From contig CADCUB010000085.1 of the NCBI GenBank assembly GCA_902805775.1, positions 17,184 through 81,183 of the forward strand: 64,000 nt of DNA, in the 5' to 3' direction. A model generated the notes under the pieces. The model worked only from the letters and a program-made list of their open reading frames with translations. It searched no databases and was not told the origin of the DNA. Source of the DNA: an uncultured Frankineae bacterium. Its GTDB lineage: Bacteria > Actinomycetota > Actinomycetes > Mycobacteriales > SCTD01. How positions within the stretch are numbered: the first letter of the stretch is position 1; every line of letters begins with the position of its first letter. The translations under genes and the position numbers were made by a program. Below, one piece after another: positions 8,688 to 17,963 of the stretch.

Positions 8688-9161
8688 ATGACGACTCCCG
8701 GCATGCCGGTCCCCCTGCCCGTGGGCCGCTACGCGGTCGGCTCCTACCCCGACTACCGGCAGGCGCAGGCCGTCGTGGACCACCTGTCCGACGCCGGCTT
8801 CCCGGTCGAGACCGTGAGCATCGTCGGCGCCGACCTGCGCCTCGTCGAGCGGGTCACCGGCCGGCTCACCCGCGGCCGGGCCGCAGCCGCGGGAGCGCTG
8901 TCGACGGCCTGGCTCGGAGTGCTGTTCGGGCTGTTCCTCGGCCTGTTCGCCGAGTCCCGGTCGGCACCCCTGGTCCTGGCGCTGTACGGCCTGCTGATGG
9001 GCGCCGCCTTCGGCGCGGTGCTCGGCTTCGCCGCCCACGCGGCGACCGGCGGCCGCCGCGACTTCAGCTCCACCACCGGCCTGGCCGCCACCCGCTACGA
9101 GGTGCTGGTGCCGCAGGACCGCTCGGAGGAGGCGGACCGGCTCGTGGCCCAGCTGCGCTGA
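8688..9161 (+). CDS. membrane protein with general-stress-protein-17M-like N-terminal domain
   Basis: 157 aa. N-terminal soluble domain (YPDYRQAQAVVDHLSDAGFPVETVSIVG) followed by two Gly/Ala-rich TM helices. ATG start. Confidence 0.7.
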   Translation: MTTPGMPVPLPVGRYAVGSYPDYRQAQAVVDHLSDAGFPVETVSIVGADLRLVERVTGRLTRGRAAAAGALSTAWLGVLFGLFLGLFAESRSAPLVLALYGLLMGAAFGAVLGFAAHAATGGRRDFSSTTGLAATRYEVLVPQDRSEEADRLVAQLR

Positions 9162-9215
9162 CCACCGGCCGAGGTCGACGCGAAATGTCCACCCGCCGTC
9201 ACCCCGGGCCTGGCA

Positions 9216-9235
9216 GACTGCGGGCGTCCGCAGTC
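9216..9235 (+). terminator. candidate intrinsic terminator hairpin (no U-tract)
   Basis: Perfect 8-bp stem gactgcgg/ccgcagtc with a 4-nt loop gcgt, 55 nt downstream of the 8688..9161 stop. Confidence 0.3.
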
Positions 9236-9347
9236 GGCGAGAGGTGACGACGTCCTGACCCGCGAGCACTCGGCCCCGCAGGCGCCGCTCTACCCCGACC
9301 CACGACAGCTGCCGTGGCCGGGGTTCTCGCTGGCCGCCACCGCCGCC

Positions 9348-10226
9348 GTGCAGCACCTCGACGACCTGGCCGACCTCGACCTGTGGCTCGTCACGGCCGT
9401 CGAGGGTCAGACGCAGACCGTGGTCGCCGCCGCCGGCAGCTGGGCCGAGCTCGCCCCGCCGGGCACCACCCACCCGTGGCAGGAGTCCTTCTGCGTGCGC
9501 ATGGTGGAGCGCCGGGCTCCTGTCGTGGCGCCCGACGTCACACGTGTCCCGGCGTACGCCGAGGCGGCGGTCGGTCCGCTGGCCGGCGTCCGGGCCTACG
9601 TCGGAGTGCCGCTCGAGGGCGACGACGGGGTCGTGTTCGGCACCCTGTGCGGCTTCGCGGGGGAGACGCAGGACGACTCGCTCGGGCGCTGCCTGGGCTC
9701 GGTGCAGCTCGTGGGCCGGATGCTCAGCACCATCCTGGCGCGCGAGCAGTTCGCGCAGGCCCGCTCACAGGAGGCGGCGGCGGCGTACGCGCTGGTCGAG
9801 CGGGACGCGGTCACCGGTCTGCGCAACCGTCGTGGCTGGGACGCCGCCCTGGCGCAGGAGAACACGCGCTGCCAGCGGTACGGCGCGACCGCCAGCGTGC
9901 TCGTGATCGACCTGGACGCCGACGTGCAGGGCACCGTCCAGCAGGACCGGCTGGTGCGCTGCGCGGAGGTGCTGCGCCGGTCCTGCCGTCCCGGCGACGT
10001 CCTCGCGCGCGTGGGCAGCCGTGAGTTCGCGGTGCTGGCGCTGGAGTGCGACCCGGTGGCCGCGCGGGCGCTGCTGACCCGGCTCAGGGTGGAGCTGCGC
10101 ACCGCCGGGCTCGGCGCCTCGACGGGCGCGGCGACCCGGCGTGCCGGTGAGCGGCTGGACGACGCGTGGGTCCGCACCGAGGAGGAGGTCCAGCGGGAGC
10201 GGCGACGGCGGCTCCGCCCCGCCTGA
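9348..10226 (+). CDS. GAF domain protein with degenerate GGDEF domain (GSREF), I-site retained
   Basis: GTG start and an N-terminal GAF-like region. The GGDEF-domain signature DAVTGLRNRRGW is present, but the active-site motif reads RPGDVLARVGSREF (RxxD retained, GGDEF replaced by GSREF). Confidence 0.8.
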   Translation: MQHLDDLADLDLWLVTAVEGQTQTVVAAAGSWAELAPPGTTHPWQESFCVRMVERRAPVVAPDVTRVPAYAEAAVGPLAGVRAYVGVPLEGDDGVVFGTLCGFAGETQDDSLGRCLGSVQLVGRMLSTILAREQFAQARSQEAAAAYALVERDAVTGLRNRRGWDAALAQENTRCQRYGATASVLVIDLDADVQGTVQQDRLVRCAEVLRRSCRPGDVLARVGSREFAVLALECDPVAARALLTRLRVELRTAGLGASTGAATRRAGERLDDAWVRTEEEVQRERRRRLRPA

Positions 10227-10232
10227 CGCAGG

Positions 10233-11306
10233 TCAGGTCAGCGGCCCTGACGCCGCGCCCTGGTCCGGCGCGTCTCGAGGCCCGCCGGGACGGGGGTGCG
10301 CAGCGGCGATCCAGTCGTCGAGCTCGGCCCACCGCTCGTACAGCCAGCGCTCGACCTCCGGCCCGCGCGGCACCTCGGCGGCCGGCACGAACCACCACCG
10401 CATCCGCACGGTCGTGTCCATCGGCAGGCCGTCCCACAGGTCGGCGGCGGTCGAAAGGTGCTCCAGCCCGGTGTGGGCCACGAGCACGACGTCGGCGTGC
10501 GGAGCCGCGGCGAGCGCCGCGGCGACACCGCCCGGACGCGGGGGCAGCAGGTGGCGCAGGCTCTCGGCGGCGTCGGCCTGGCTCTGCAGGCCCTTCATCC
10601 GCAGGCGGTCGATCGCCCGCCGGCGCCGGGCCGGGCTGAAGTTGCCGCCCTCCGGGAACAGCAGCAGCGCGTCCTCGTCGCCGAGCCCGGTCGCCAGCCT
10701 CCCGACGCGCGCGGTGCTGTCGTCGGAGCCGGCCGTCAGGAACGCGTTGGGCAGGCGGTTGAGGTAGACGTCGAGCAGCGGGTCGAGCTGCAGGAGGTCC
10801 TTGAGCACGATCCGCGGGCGCCGGTCGTGGTCGCGCCCGAGCAGGGTGTGCACGAGCAGCAGCGAGTCGCCCGGACCCGCGTGGCGGGGCAGGACCAGCA
10901 TCGCGTTGACCGAGCCCGGCACCCCGTCGTCGAGCGGCGACCAGCCGACCTCGTCGTCGACGACCCGCAGCCCGAACAGCAGCCGTGCGCTCCCGGCGAC
11001 GACGGCGAGCAGGTGGCGCAGGACGGCGTAGTGGGCGCGCAGCGACCAGGGCGCGCGCAGCCACCAGCCCAGGCCGGTGGCCAGCCACAGGACGAGAGCC
11101 GCCAGCAGCCCGGCGGTCTCGACGAGCAGGTAGACCAGCGCGAAGCCGAGCAGGCGGAGCACCCGCCAGCGTCCGGGCAGCAGCACCGACAGCACGACGG
11201 CGAGCGGGACGAGCAGCGGCAGCAGCGTCGCGGCGAACGCCAGCCCGAGCACGACGCCCAGCGACACCGGCCGACGCACCCATCGCGGGGGCAGGGGCAG
11301 GTGCAC
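10233..11306 (-). CDS. membrane-anchored lysophospholipid/1-acyl-sn-glycerol-3-phosphate acyltransferase family protein (PlsC-like)
   Basis: N-terminal TM helices, an HxxxxD motif (RHAGPGD) and an FPEGG block. The GTG start lies 1 nt after the patatin stop. Confidence 0.8.
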   Translation of the reverse strand: MHLPLPPRWVRRPVSLGVVLGLAFAATLLPLLVPLAVVLSVLLPGRWRVLRLLGFALVYLLVETAGLLAALVLWLATGLGWWLRAPWSLRAHYAVLRHLLAVVAGSARLLFGLRVVDDEVGWSPLDDGVPGSVNAMLVLPRHAGPGDSLLLVHTLLGRDHDRRPRIVLKDLLQLDPLLDVYLNRLPNAFLTAGSDDSTARVGRLATGLGDEDALLLFPEGGNFSPARRRRAIDRLRMKGLQSQADAAESLRHLLPPRPGGVAAALAAAPHADVVLVAHTGLEHLSTAADLWDGLPMDTTVRMRWWFVPAAEVPRGPEVERWLYERWAELDDWIAAAHPRPGGPRDAPDQGAASGPLT

Positions 11307-11307
11307 C

Positions 11308-12156
11308 TCAGAGCGCGGCGAGGTAGGCCGCGGTCGCGGCGTGGGCGCGCTCGACCCGCGGCACGACCGTGCGCGCGTCGCGGTAGCGCAGGGAGGCCAA
11401 GCCGGTCGGCACCTCGTCGCCGGTCGGGAGCACGTGCACGGTGACCGAGCCGGGCAGGGAGGCCATGTCGGCCGCGAAGCGGTGCCGGCGGGCGATCTCG
11501 AAGGCGACGAGGGCCACCTCCCACGGCCGGGTCGGCACGCTCAGCGGCTGCGAGACCCGGCCGACCTGCAGCACCCACACGATCGTCGCGCCGAGCTCGA
11601 CGGCCCGGCTCACCGGGATGGAGTTGACCAGGCCGCCGTCGAGGAAGTGCTCGTCGCCGATGCGCACGGGCGGCAGCAGCCCCGGCACCGCGGCGGAGGC
11701 GAGCACCGCCTCCACCAGCGGACCGCTGTCGAACCAGTGCTCGGCCGCCCTCTCGACGGAGGCCGCGACGCACTGGAAGGGCACGGCGAGGTCCTCGATG
11801 CGCTGCACCGGCAGGTGCGCGGTGAGCAGTGCCCGCAGCGGGTCGCTGCGGTGCAGGTGGGTGCGGCTGCGCAGGGCCGTGCCCACCCGCGCGCCCCACG
11901 AGCCGGCGAAGACGCCGCCGTCCGCCGCCGACAGCTCGCGCCACAGCTCGGCCAGCCGGACGGTCGTCGCGACGGCGGGTTCGGCCGCGAGGAACGCGCC
12001 GTTGACCGCTCCCACCGACGTCCCGACGACGAGGTCCGGGACGACGCCCGCCTCCAGCAGGGCCCGCAGCATGCCGACCTCACCGGCCCCGAGCAGGCCA
12101 CCGCCGCCGAGCACGAAGGCGGACCGCGGCGGGGGCACGGGCTCGGGCGGGGGCAC
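11308..12156 (-). CDS. patatin-like phospholipase
   Basis: Oxyanion loop LGGGGLLGAGEVG, nucleophile elbow GTSVG and catalytic Asp in FLDGGLVNSIP. Confidence 0.88.
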   Translation of the reverse strand: MPPPEPVPPPRSAFVLGGGGLLGAGEVGMLRALLEAGVVPDLVVGTSVGAVNGAFLAAEPAVATTVRLAELWRELSAADGGVFAGSWGARVGTALRSRTHLHRSDPLRALLTAHLPVQRIEDLAVPFQCVAASVERAAEHWFDSGPLVEAVLASAAVPGLLPPVRIGDEHFLDGGLVNSIPVSRAVELGATIVWVLQVGRVSQPLSVPTRPWEVALVAFEIARRHRFAADMASLPGSVTVHVLPTGDEVPTGLASLRYRDARTVVPRVERAHAATAAYLAAL

Positions 12157-12260
12157 GCGCCGACCCTCTCACCCGCCGGCTCCGGGGCACGCGGGTGAGG
12201 ACCGTCCGAGGCGGGCACTAGCGTGCGGCGAGGGTCGAGGCCTGACGACAGGACCGCGAC

Positions 12261-12563
12261 GTGCCCTCCTCCCGCCTGCACCTCGTCCGCCCACCCCGCC
12301 TCGTGCAGGTCCGCGACGTCGACGGGGTCCTGCGGCCGGCGCTGCTCGTCGCCCGGCGCGAGGACCGCTGCTACCTGCAGGTCAGCCGCAGCGCCGGTGA
12401 CAACGTGCTGCGCTGGCTGCCGGCGGTCGACGTCGGGCCGGCCCGCGCCGCCGGTCCGGCAACGGTCCTGCACGGTGGGGGTGCGCAGCGACGGCCCAGG
12501 GCGTGGGGCGGGCCGCTCGTCCGCGGCGGAAACCCGGACGACACCGGGCAGTCCGCGCCGTAG
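12261..12563 (+). CDS. hypothetical protein (about 100 aa), hidden behind the over-extended ABC transporter ORF
   Basis: GTG start and about 90% G/C at codon position 3 over 100 codons. It stops 13 nt before the ATG of the ABC transporter. I recognise no motif. Confidence 0.55.
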   Translation: MPSSRLHLVRPPRLVQVRDVDGVLRPALLVARREDRCYLQVSRSAGDNVLRWLPAVDVGPARAAGPATVLHGGGAQRRPRAWGGPLVRGGNPDDTGQSAP

Positions 12564-12576
12564 CGTCGGGTCGGAG

Positions 12577-15500
12577 ATGACCCTCCTCGACGTCGACGTC
12601 ACCGGGACGCCCCCTGCGACTCGGACCGTCGTGCGCCCGAGCCGCATCGGCCTGGGCCGGCTGCGGGGACCCGTCACCTGGCTGTCGCTGACCGCGGCGG
12701 CGGTGGCAGCCGTCGGCCAGACCGCCGGCACCGTCGTGGCCGGGCGCCTGGCCGAGTCGCCCTCCGCGGCGCTCGTCGGCGCGCTGGCGCTGGCGCTCGT
12801 CGGGGCGGCGGTGCTCGACACCGCCGCCCGCGTGGCCTGGGCGGGGGTGGTGGACCGGGCGGAGGGGCGGCTGCGGGCCGACCTCCTGCAGGCGGCGCTG
12901 CACCAGCCCCTGGCCGTGCTGTCGGAGCAGGCGGTCGGCGAGGTGCTGGACCGCGTCGACGACGACACCCACGAGCTGGGGACGCTGCTGCGGCGCAACG
13001 GCTGGGACCTCGTGCGGCTGCTGCTCAGCGCCGGGCCGATGTGGGTGGTCGCCGGCCTCACCTGGTGGCCGTCCTGGGTGCTGTTCCCGCTCGTCGGCCT
13101 GGTCACGGTGCTGGTGGTCCGGCCGCTGACGGCGGAGGTGGCCCGCCGCAAGCTGGTCGAGGAGATGGCCTGGACCGACTCCGCGGCCGCCATGGAGGAG
13201 GGTGTCGCCGCCCGCGACGACCTCCGGTCGAGCCTGGGTCAGGCCTACCTCGTGCGCCGCTGCGCCGAGCTGTCCGCCGTCGTGCACGCGCGGGTCGCGG
13301 CCACCTGCGTGGCGGCCAGCGCGATCGGCCGCCGGGCGGGCCTGCTCCTGCAGGCGCTGCTGGCCGGAACGGCCGTCGCGGGCGTCGTGCTCGTCGGCCG
13401 GGACCGGCTGTCGACCGCCGAGCTCGTGACGCTGTTCCTGGTCACCACCACCTTCGTCGGGCAGGTGGAGCGGATCAGCCAGCACCTGCCCGACCTGCAG
13501 GCCGGGCTCGGGGCGCTCGCCCGCCTGCGGACGATGCTCGAGGCCGAGCCCGAGCCCACAGGCGGGCGGGCGGTCCCGGACGGGCCGCTGCCGCTGTCCG
13601 TGCGCTCCCTGCGCTTCTCCTACGGGACCGGCGCGTTCGCGCTGCGCGACATCGACCTCGAGCTGCCGGCGGGACAGACCCTCGCGCTGGTGGGCCGTAC
13701 GGGCTCCGGCAAGTCGACGCTCGCGGCGCTGCTGTCGCGGGCGGTCGACCCGCCACCCGGCACGATGCTGCTCGGCGGGGTCGACGTGCTCGACCTGGAC
13801 CTGCAGGCCCTGCGCGCCGCCGTGGGCGTCGTGACGCAGCGGACGGAGGTGCTGGCGGGCACGCTCGCCGACAACGTCGCGCTGTTCGGCGACGTGCCCC
13901 GCGCGTCCGTGGAGGCGGCCGTCGACGCGCTCGGGCTCCGCGACTGGGTGGCCGCCCTCCCCGACGGGCTCGACACGGTGCTCGGTCCGGGCGGGACGAC
14001 CCTGTCGGCCGGCGAGGAGCAGCTCGTCGCCTTCGCGCGCCTGCTGGTCCGGGACGTGCAGGTGGTCGTCCTGGACGAGGCGACCGCCCGGATGGACCCG
14101 CTGACCGAGGCGCGCGTCGTCCGCGCGGCCGAGCGGCTGCTGGCGGGCCGCACCGGCATCGTCATCGCCCACCGGCTGGCGACGACCGCGCGTGCCGACA
14201 CGGTCGCCGTCCTCGAGGGCGGTCGGGTGGTGCAGGCCGGCCCCCGCGCCCGGCTGGCCGCCGTGCCCGGTCCCTTCGCCGACCTGCTGCGCGCGGCCGG
14301 GGACTCCTCCGCGGTCGCCGCACCAGCGGGTCCGGCCCCGCTCGCGGCGGGACGCCGTACGGGCGAGCTCCGGCCCGCGCAGGAGGTCGACCCGGGCCCG
14401 GGCCTGGCCCGCGGCACGCTGTCGATGCTGCGGATGCACCCGCGGTGGGGCATCGGCGGAGGTGCGCTGTTCCTGGCGGCGACGGTGACCGGCGCCTTCG
14501 GGGCGGGCACCGGGTGGCTGTGGGGACGGGTCGTGGAGTCGCTGCAGCGCGGCGAACGGCCTGTCTGGACGGTGCTGGGCCTGGTCGCCAGCCTGCTCGT
14601 CGCACCGGTCCTGGTCGCCGCTGCCTTCCGCATCTACCCGCTGTGGTGGATCGCGGTGCTGCTGCGCGTGCGCCTGTCCGTCCTGCGTGGCCAGACGATG
14701 CAGCACCGCCTGCCGCGCACCCCGGCCGGCGAGGTGGTCGGCCGCGCCATGGACGCGGACCGCTTCGCGCGGTACGCCGACCGCTGGGTCGACCTCGTCA
14801 ACGGCCTGGTGGTCGTGCTCGTGACGGCCGTCGCCGGCGGCAGCGCCCTGGCCGGCGGCGTCCTGCTCGCCGTGATGCTGCTGTCGGCCGGGGCGGCCGC
14901 GCTCGGGTCACCGGTCGCCGGGCGCTCGGCGGCGGCCTCCTCGACCGCCCGGGCGCAGTTCGGCCGGTCACTGGTCTCGGCGCTCGAGTCGGCCCGCACC
15001 GTCAAGCTGGCGGCCGCCACCCCCGCGGTCCACCGCCACCTGCGGCAGGTCGACGGCGGACGGGTGCGTGCGGCCGTGCGCGAGCACCGCGTCCAGGCCG
15101 TGCTCGACGGGGTGCCGGTCGTGCTCGTGCAGTGCGGCGTCGTCACCGGGTGGCTCGTCCTGCTGCTCGGCGGATGGGACCTGTCGACGGCGCTGCTCGT
15201 CACCACGGCGGTCGCCGGCTTCGAGTGGTTCGGCCGGGTCGCGGGCGCCGTCATCACCGAGGCGCCCGGCACGCGGGCCTGGGCGCAGGAGACCTCGCGT
15301 CTGGCCGGAGGGGTCGACCTGATGACCGTCCCGGTCGGCGTCGACCTCGTCACGGGCGCCGCTCCTCCCCCGCCCGGCCCGCCGCGGCAGCCGCTCGAGG
15401 TGCTGGAGCTGACCGGGCTGACGGCGGTCCACGACGACGGGACGCTGGGCGTCGAGGACGTCGACCTCGCCGTCCGCGCCGGTGAGCTGGTGCTGCTGCT

Positions 15501-16074
15501 CGGCCAGGTCGGCTCCGGGAAGTCCAGCCTGCTGGGTGCCCTCGCCGGGCTCGTCGACCACCGCGGCAGCCTGCGCTGGAACGGCGTCGAGGTGCGCGAC
15601 CCGCAGGTCTTCCTGCGCCCGGGCCAGGTCGCCCACGTGGCCCAGGTGCCCCGCGTGCTGTCGGGCAGCTTCGGCGACAACCTCCGGCTCGACCACTTCC
15701 GCGAGGTGGGGGCCGCCGTCGACGACGCCCGGCTGGGCCGCGACGTCGCCGACGCGGGTGGGGTGGACGCCCTCGTCGGTCATCGCGGCGTGCGGCTGTC
15801 GGGCGGGCAGGTGCAGCGCCTCGCGCTGGCGCGGGCGCTGTCGTCGTCCGCCGAGCTGCTGCTGGCCGACGACGTCTCCAGCGCCCTCGACGCCGGCACG
15901 GAGGTCGAGCTGTGGGACGCCCTGCGCCGCCGCGGCACCACGGTGCTGGGGTCGACGTCGAAGCGGGCGGCCCTGCAGGTCGCCGACCGCGTGGTGGTGC
16001 TCGCCGACGGGCGGGTGGCGGCCAGCGGGCCGTGGTCGCGGCTCGCACCCGCGTGGGGTCACCTGGCCGGCTAG
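12577..16074 (+). CDS. fused ABC exporter (TMD-NBD-TMD-NBD in one polypeptide)
   Basis: Two ABC cassettes. The first has GRTGSGKST / LSAGEEQ / VVVLDEAT. The second has GQVGSGKSS / LSGGQVQR / LLLADDVSSALD. Each is preceded by about 6 TM helices. The ATG at 12577 is in frame, and the track start at 12223 is an extension. Confidence 0.88.
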   Translation: MTLLDVDVTGTPPATRTVVRPSRIGLGRLRGPVTWLSLTAAAVAAVGQTAGTVVAGRLAESPSAALVGALALALVGAAVLDTAARVAWAGVVDRAEGRLRADLLQAALHQPLAVLSEQAVGEVLDRVDDDTHELGTLLRRNGWDLVRLLLSAGPMWVVAGLTWWPSWVLFPLVGLVTVLVVRPLTAEVARRKLVEEMAWTDSAAAMEEGVAARDDLRSSLGQAYLVRRCAELSAVVHARVAATCVAASAIGRRAGLLLQALLAGTAVAGVVLVGRDRLSTAELVTLFLVTTTFVGQVERISQHLPDLQAGLGALARLRTMLEAEPEPTGGRAVPDGPLPLSVRSLRFSYGTGAFALRDIDLELPAGQTLALVGRTGSGKSTLAALLSRAVDPPPGTMLLGGVDVLDLDLQALRAAVGVVTQRTEVLAGTLADNVALFGDVPRASVEAAVDALGLRDWVAALPDGLDTVLGPGGTTLSAGEEQLVAFARLLVRDVQVVVLDEATARMDPLTEARVVRAAERLLAGRTGIVIAHRLATTARADTVAVLEGGRVVQAGPRARLAAVPGPFADLLRAAGDSSAVAAPAGPAPLAAGRRTGELRPAQEVDPGPGLARGTLSMLRMHPRWGIGGGALFLAATVTGAFGAGTGWLWGRVVESLQRGERPVWTVLGLVASLLVAPVLVAAAFRIYPLWWIAVLLRVRLSVLRGQTMQHRLPRTPAGEVVGRAMDADRFARYADRWVDLVNGLVVVLVTAVAGGSALAGGVLLAVMLLSAGAAALGSPVAGRSAAASSTARAQFGRSLVSALESARTVKLAAATPAVHRHLRQVDGGRVRAAVREHRVQAVLDGVPVVLVQCGVVTGWLVLLLGGWDLSTALLVTTAVAGFEWFGRVAGAVITEAPGTRAWAQETSRLAGGVDLMTVPVGVDLVTGAAPPPPGPPRQPLEVLELTGLTAVHDDGTLGVEDVDLAVRAGELVLLLGQVGSGKSSLLGALAGLVDHRGSLRWNGVEVRDPQVFLRPGQVAHVAQVPRVLSGSFGDNLRLDHFREVGAAVDDARLGRDVADAGGVDALVGHRGVRLSGGQVQRLALARALSSSAELLLADDVSSALDAGTEVELWDALRRRGTTVLGSTSKRAALQVADRVVVLADGRVAASGPWSRLAPAWGHLAG

Positions 16075-16874
16075 TCCCGGTCCTGCGGGGCCGGCTCCGG
16101 GCGCGGCGCCACCAGCAGGCTCTGCGCCCCCACACCCAGCGGCCCCTCGAGGTCGGACAGCGCGGTGGTGGCCAGGCCGGCACCGCCCGGCGAGATCGTG
16201 GTGCGGGCCTGGACGCACACCCACTCCCCGACCGCCTCCCGGTGCAGGTGGACCGTCAGCTCGGGGTTGATGAAGTGCCAGCGCCTCATGTCGAGCTCGC
16301 TGGACAGCCCGTTGCCGCTGTCGGCGACCGCGAGGACGCGGGTCAGCGGGCTGTTCGGCTCGTCCGGGACGAGCGGGTGCAGCAGCCGGGTCCAGGCCGT
16401 CGCCGGCCCGCTGTCGCCGAAGCGGCCCTCGGCGAAGCGCCACTCGACCGCCGACAGGTAGCCGTCGACCCAGCCCGAGGCGCGCACCGGCGTGCTCTGC
16501 TCGGGCAGGGGAGGAGCCGCCCCGACCCGCGCCGGCACCGACTGCGAGGTGCGCAGGACGCGCCAGGCGGCGGCGCGCGCCACGTCGCGACCGCCGGCGC
16601 CGAGCACGGCCTCGACCAGCTCGACGCTGCGCCCGGGACGGGTCACCTGCGCGCGCAGGTCCAGCTCGCCGACCGGGACGGCGCCGAGGATCTCGACGGT
16701 CAGGCGGGCGACGACGACGTCCGCGCGCGGCGCGCAGCGCTCGACGGCGCGGCCGAGCAGCGCGCTCGGTGGGCCGCCGTGCTGGAAGCGCGCGTCCCAC
16801 GGGCCGGTGGTGTGCTCGGTGGCCCGCCAGCGGTCGCCGCCCAGCGGGACGAAGAAGGCGTCCACGGGCGGCAC
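16071..16874 (-). CDS. acyl-CoA thioesterase family protein (double hot-dog, TesB-like)
   Basis: 267 aa with the typical N-terminus FFVPLGGDRWRATEHTTGPWDARFQHGGPPSALL. Its stop overlaps the ABC transporter stop in a shared CTAG. Confidence 0.75.
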   Translation of the reverse strand: MPPVDAFFVPLGGDRWRATEHTTGPWDARFQHGGPPSALLGRAVERCAPRADVVVARLTVEILGAVPVGELDLRAQVTRPGRSVELVEAVLGAGGRDVARAAAWRVLRTSQSVPARVGAAPPLPEQSTPVRASGWVDGYLSAVEWRFAEGRFGDSGPATAWTRLLHPLVPDEPNSPLTRVLAVADSGNGLSSELDMRRWHFINPELTVHLHREAVGEWVCVQARTTISPGGAGLATTALSDLEGPLGVGAQSLLVAPRPEPAPQDRD

Positions 16875-16912
16875 GGTACGTGCGCGGCCGGTGCCGGTGG
16901 CAGGGTGGGGAC

Positions 16913-17896
16913 GTGCGCGCCATCACCCTGCCCGCCCCGGGGAACGCCGACGCCCTCGTGCCGGCCGACGTGCCGGACCCCGTCGCGGGGCCGGGCGAGG
17001 TGCTGCTCGACGTCGTCGCCACCGCCGTCAACCGGGCGGACGTGCTGCAGCGCAAGGGGTTCTACGACCCGCCGCCCGGAGCGTCGCCGTACCCCGGGCT
17101 GGAGTGCGCGGGCAGGGTCGCTGCCCTCGGGGAGGGCGTGCAGGGCTGGGCGGTGGGCGACGAGGTGTGCGCGCTGCTGTCCGGCGGGGGCTACGCCACG
17201 CGCGTCGCCGTCCCGCAGGGGCAGCTGCTGCCCGTGCCCGAGGGCCTGGACCTGCTCTCGGCCGCCGCGCTGCCGGAGGTCGCCTGCACGGTCTGGTCCA
17301 ACGTCTTCTCGCTGGCCCGCCTGTCGGCGGGGGAGGTGCTGCTGGTGCACGGCGGGACCTCCGGCATCGGGACGCTGGCCCTGCAGCTGGCGGTGCACGC
17401 CGGCGCCCGCGTGCTGTGCACGGTCGGCTCCGCCGAGAAGGCCGAGCGGGCGCAGGAGCTCGGCGCCGAGCGCGCGATCCGCTACCGCGACGAGGACTTC
17501 GTCGAGGTCGTGCGCGAGCTGACCGGCGGTCGGGGCGCCGACGTCGTGCTCGACAACATGGGCGCCGCCTACCTCACCCGCAACGTCGACGCCCTCGCCG
17601 TCGGCGGCCGGCTGGTCGTGATCGGCCTGCAGGGCGGTGCGCGCGCCGAGCTCGACCTCGGGGCGCTGCTCGCCAAGCGCGCGTCCGTGCACGCCACCTC
17701 CCTGCGTGCTCGGCCGCCCGAGGACAAGGCGAGGATCGTCGCCGACGTGCGCGCGCACGTGTGGCCCGCGGTCGCCTCCGGCGCGGTCCGTCCCGTCATC
17801 GACACGGTCCTGCCGCTGGAGCAGGCGGCGCAGGCGCACCGGCTGATGGAGTCGAGCCGGCACATAGGCAAGATCGTCCTGCGCTGCGCTCCCTGA
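16913..17896 (+). CDS. qor: NAD(P)H:quinone oxidoreductase (zinc-independent MDR family)
   Basis: VRAITLPAPG...VNRADVLQRKGFYDPPPGASPYPGLECAG and a Rossmann motif LVHGGTSGIGT. The GTG at 16913 is in frame after a GGTGGGG SD-like run. Confidence 0.85.
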   Translation: MRAITLPAPGNADALVPADVPDPVAGPGEVLLDVVATAVNRADVLQRKGFYDPPPGASPYPGLECAGRVAALGEGVQGWAVGDEVCALLSGGGYATRVAVPQGQLLPVPEGLDLLSAAALPEVACTVWSNVFSLARLSAGEVLLVHGGTSGIGTLALQLAVHAGARVLCTVGSAEKAERAQELGAERAIRYRDEDFVEVVRELTGGRGADVVLDNMGAAYLTRNVDALAVGGRLVVIGLQGGARAELDLGALLAKRASVHATSLRARPPEDKARIVADVRAHVWPAVASGAVRPVIDTVLPLEQAAQAHRLMESSRHIGKIVLRCAP

Positions 17897-17963
17897 CCGC
17901 GCGGCCGAGGGTCGGCTCAGCCCCGCGGCCGCACCCACCCGCCGCGCACGGGGGTGCACCCGC

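Noticed and set aside
12382-14706. 774-aa minus-strand ORF, plus other long ORFs at 13041..15485, 13620..14633 and 14968..17055
   Set aside because: They are antisense or off-frame to the fused ABC exporter, which carries two complete Walker A, signature and Walker B sets in the plus frame. The products are Arg/Pro/Gly-rich.
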